A DNA stretch of 47,045 bases from positions 1 through 47,045 of the forward strand of contig NIVC01003706.1 of the NCBI GenBank assembly GCA_002269645.1. The letters run 5' to 3'. Positions within the stretch are counted from its first letter, which is position 1. Each line of letters opens with the position of its first letter. Positions 42,885-47,045 of this stretch are shown one piece after another. The notes beneath the pieces were generated by a model, which had not been told where the DNA came from, did no database searches, and was given only the letters and a program-made list of their open reading frames with translations. The stretch is from Macrostomum lignano (Eukaryota). A program made the translations under genes and the position numbers.

Positions 42885-43899
42885 GGAGGAGCAGACGGCT
42901 CAGGGAGCTGTCGAATTCTACGTGCAGTGAAAGTGATTTGCAAGTTGGAGTTTCACTGCTCAGACTCTGTTTTGGAGAAACGAAACTGCATATATGAGAG
43001 TATTGGCTGACTGAGCTTGCCTATATAGGCTCTGTTGCGCCGTTTGAAAGTACAACTGAGTGGCACAAAGATTTGGTAGAATAAACAAAGTCTCGGTTTC
43101 GATATATTATTTTTAAACGATGCTATCAAAAACGATGCACAATAATGGTTATTAATCTAGAATTGGAGTGGCGTTGGGCACGGGGCACAAAATGGGGTGG
43201 TGGGCTCACAAGGATGTACAATCAATAATTCAATAGTTAATTAGTTCACGCACGCATTGGCGGTTAGCGTAAAATTTTAAAACAAGCCACAGGTACAGCG
43301 ACAGACCCAGCGTTGCCTCAGACTCAGTGCATGCTTTCAAGGTTCCTGTGTATAAGACTGGCAATGCTTTCCAGACACTAAGTAGCGATAGCAAAGTATT
43401 TTGATTTTGCTTTTGGTCTTGCCGAATAACATTCTTTTAACAATAACTCGATTAACTTGAGAATCACAGATGCCTCTGCTACAAATTAGCTATTAGAGCA
43501 GTCAAAATGCTAACAAGTACACGAGACTGATTTGCATAATTTTTGTTTTTCAAGAAACGGCCATCAAGCTGCGATCCTCCAGTCTTTCTCGTCTGGTAGT
43601 CGGGATTGAAGCTTTTTTGGCCTGACTCAATGAGACAATGCCTGACAGAGCATTGAGAATAAAATCAATTTTGGAAGGCTTGCAGAAGGGTTTAAATCAC
43701 TTTATAAGCCTTGGGTTTCTTTTTGTAGCCATTGGTGTTTGATGAGTGTCATTGAAATAACCTTTTCTACAGATCTAGTGCATATATTTGACATTTTAAT
43801 CCGGTTTGAAGACTCTCTAACTCACAGTATCAGTTTACTACTTAAAATGCTGTCTTCTTTGCATGATATTTTTTGTAACAGGGTCTATGAAAGTTCAGC

Positions 43900-44235
43900 A
43901 TGTGATCTACTGACCCATTACTTTATTAGTCACTCAGGAGCTGCACTTCAGTGTGTATCTCTTGCAAAGTGGAACTTGTGTTTGGCATCGGAATAAACAG
44001 ATGCACCACCTCATCTCCTCTGCTTTAGCCGCTCGAAAACAATGTTTTATCAAGATTACACACTTTGGCACCTACACATTGGCATTGAAGCGTGCAGTAG
44101 CGTGCAGTAGAAGTGTGCCGTCAGCCTAGTGCACTTGTCTGTGCTTAGAGTGACTGATTTTCTCTTGTTGGTTCGACGACTTGAATAGTTTATAATTCCA
44201 TTTTGCAGGCTTCTCCGTTATGCCGTAAAGACGGT
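43900..44235. repeat. Local diverged direct duplication of about 300 bp, second copy at about 45350-45657
   Basis: Shared gatctactgaccc, ctcttgcaaagtggaacttgtgtttggcatcggaata, ctctgctttagccgctcgaaaacaatgttttatcaagatta and gacgacttgaatagtttataattccatt.tgcaggcttctccgttatg. Confidence 0.8.
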
Positions 44236-44386
44236 CTCTGATGAGAATGTCACCGAAGGTGTACTCGACCCGGAGGGTTGTGGTTCGGGCTGGGACTTCT
44301 GGCCGGATATCTTGTATTCCGTATTTCAGGAAGAGTACCGCACTCTGTGCTGCTTTGAGCTGCCATTGCGCCAGGTGAACCTACTC

Positions 44387-44870
44387 CAAAGACTACTCAA
44401 GTAGGACGGGAAACCTCGTTTCTTGGAAAATTTGAGGAGCCAGGTTTTCCCGAAAAAATACACTACGGAGATGGGAGGCGGAGATGGGAAGATCCTATCT
44501 TTAGATAGGAGGCAGACCCAATGTTCATTTTTTTATGTTTTGCCTTTCTTATAGGTCTATTGATTTTCATAAAGCTTTTCGTTCAGAAAATTAGGATTCT
44601 ATGTTAATCTTTTATTCTGCGTACATTCCCTGTACCTAAAAATCATAAAAATGCATGGCACAGCTCCACTCATTGGTTCTATGAATCTGTTTTATCATCT
44701 CTGTTACACGCATTGTAACACGGTCAGCTAAGTGTTACAAAATAGATTCAAAAACCAATGAACCGAACCGCGCCATTCAAATGGTTTTCAGGCACAGGAC
44801 ATGTGCAATTGTACGTAGAATAAGAAATTATAAACATAGAATCCTAATTCTCTAAATGAAAAGCTTATCC
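44387..44870. mobile_element. Truncated, diverged member of the CAAGGACTACTCAAGTA foldback MITE family
   Basis: Starts CAAAGACTACTCAAGTAGGACG. The interior matches the arms of 21659-22350 (gataggaggcagacccaatgttcat, aaagcttttcgttcagaaaattaggattc). Confidence 0.7.
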
Positions 44871-46815
44871 TAGGCTTTGGAGATGTGTTCGGCGCCGGAG
44901 TGAAAGGCTCTCACCTGTTTGCGGCACAGCCCGGTGGTGCAATTGCTCTCCCAGTTGCCCATATAGCGACCCTGCCTGAAGGGTAGTTTAGGCCAGAGGA
45001 TGACGGTCTCTGAGGAGGCCGACCTGGTCCACTAAAAGCGGGTTGGCGGAGCCATACCAATTGCAAGAAATAAAGAGCTTCGCAGTTAGGATCACCCAGA
45101 ATCTCTCGCCCCTGATGGCGCCCAATCTTTGCCTCTTATGGCTATGGCTCACCCCTGCCTATCCAAGATTACTGCTCTCTTTGTGATGCAGCCCAAGCTT
45201 TGTGCTACGCAAAGGGGGATTCCAGTTTTTAGGTGGCCCGGGTCCAGTACCCATGGGGAACTCAACCCACTATTCAAAAGGCAGAGCCAAATCCGTGCTT
45301 AGGCAACCCCGTTTAACAACAACAGCGGGGCCTGTGAAAGTTCAGCGGTTGGATCTACTGACCCGATACTGTATTAGTGCACTTCAGCGTTTTTCTCTTG
45401 CAAAGTGGAACTTGTGTTTGGCATCGGAATATACTTTATACAGATGCGAGATTCTGCACCACCTCGTATCCTCTGCTTTAGCCGCTCGAAAACAATGTTT
45501 TATCAAGATTAGACTCTGCGAAACCAACGCATTGGCATTGAAGCAGTGTGCAGTCAGCATAGTGCACTTCCTTTGTCTTTAGAGCAACTGATTTTTCTTC
45601 TTGGTTAGACGACTTGAATAGTTTATAATTCCATTCTGCAGGCTTCTCCGTTATGACTTCACTGATAACTTTGATAACCCTTACCAACTAAATTTCATCT
45701 AAACCTGCATCTCTGACTTGCGTGTTCACTGGCCTTCAGCTTTTGGACCTTCAACTGCTATTTGAAGTTTAATAGAGTTCTGTCCAATTGCTGGTTGGAC
45801 AAATAACCGAAGACGGAAGTTAATGACCAACACATACCAGAGACTGAAATTACTCGTAGCAGCACGGGACAGTGAATTTGAAACAGTTGGAAGATGGCTG
45901 CCGAGGCGTCTTAAGAGCGAGGCTATTTTTAGAGACAGAACTGGACCTCTTCGTACACCAAGCGCGCTGAGAAGCCTAAATTATCGATCGTGCAACTGTT
46001 TGCGAAAGCGTTCAACGCACACAAGCGCAACAGATTAAGCGGCCCAATTGGGGAGCCACCGCACGCAAAATTACACAGACAGACGATACGATGATTTATC
46101 TGACAAGTTATTTCAGACGCAGAATCTCGTATAGCAGTTCGTTAAATTCGGAGTATACTTGTAGATTCTGTGACGTGCAGAGTTTAATTTGTCACAGATA
46201 AATTTTGAGTTCGAAAATGGAAATAAAAATCATTGGCCCGCACAGTCGCTGCCATGTTCTGCGAGCCTCATCAGCAACAGGCTTCACCCAAGGCACCCAA
46301 GCCAGCAGACGGGAGCATCGGCCACCAGACTTTTGCGCTGATGGCGGGATTCAATACCGAATCACAGGCGATTACTTCTGATAAAAATGATCAATGCTAA
46401 AATAATAAAGAACTACTATTCATATTGCAATCAGCACAATGAACTATGAAATGTAAAACAGTATATTATGCAATTTCCAATCGTGCAGCACACTCAAATC
46501 TCATCTCGAAATTTTAAAAACTTTTCATTCACGCGATGGATTTCGATATCGCACTCCCGTAGCTCTATATAGTACTCATAGTAGCTATTTAACTTGATTT
46601 GTTGGTTTTGTCGAAATGTATATAAATCGCACTTGTGTTCCACCAATGAAAATGAGATTAGCGGTATCAAGACGTTAATCTTCACCAAACGTGCAGTTTT
46701 AACCAAGGAGAGAAATTTCGCAACGAGCCAGCAGTTTTCACTCCAAAGCACAGCTGCTGCTGCTGCTGTTCAGTTGCCAAGGAAACACTGAAAGCTGTCT
46801 TCCTCATCAGCTGTC

Positions 46816-47045
46816 ATGGCGCAGCTCTTGCGCTGTGCGCTCTGTGTGCAGCTCTTTGTGCTCTTGGAGGCGGTGAGTTGTCTGTCTGCCTTCAATGTCA
46901 GATATATGTAAGCCTTCATCACTCATGTGAAGCCCTGCTCTCTACAGCGGCGAGCTCCATCAAGTTCAACATCACGACAACAAACATCGCGGCTTCCTGG
47001 CAGTCGTCAGAAATACTTCACAGGTGCTTCGGAGACACGGCTGTT
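46816..47045 (+). pseudogene. 5' end of lectin-Ig receptor gene 4, a close paralog of gene 3, with an apparent 1-nt deletion in the signal-peptide exon (pseudogene or assembly error)
   Basis: Exon 46816-46872 is 57 nt against 58 nt in gene 3. Exon 2 starts at 46948 (phase 1: AASSIKFNITTTNIAASWQSSEILHRCFGDTAV) and runs off the window. The leader and intron 1 are also similar to gene 3. Confidence 0.7.

Overview
Eukaryotic, intron-rich animal DNA with short GT-AG introns, many minisatellites, tRNA-derived SINEs and TIR elements. The style suggests an invertebrate such as the flatworm Macrostomum, but this is inference only. The ORF track mostly shows exon fragments or repeat artefacts, so I spliced the gene models by hand using splice consensus and intron phase. 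Positions 1-9.1 kb hold six minisatellites, a minus-strand Ser/Thr-rich (mucin-like) exon missed by the ORF track, and a 5-exon gene resembling C6orf136/DUF2358. Positions 10-47 kb hold a head-to-tail cluster of at least four paralogous type-I membrane protein genes: three complete models (about 1330, 1150 and 1330 aa) and a fourth that starts at the window end. Their architecture is signal peptide, 1-2 F-type-lectin/discoidin-like domains, a Cys-rich linker domain, 5-9 C2-type Ig-like domains, a stalk (Ser/Thr/Ala-rich in genes 1-2, very short in gene 3), a TM helix and a short tail. Genes 1 and 2 are a patchwork of about 98%-identical and strongly diverged blocks, and whole Ig and lectin modules differ in number between paralogs. 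This cluster is the main candidate for an undescribed, diversifying lectin-Ig recognition receptor system. Exon boundaries are predictions and need RNA-seq confirmation.
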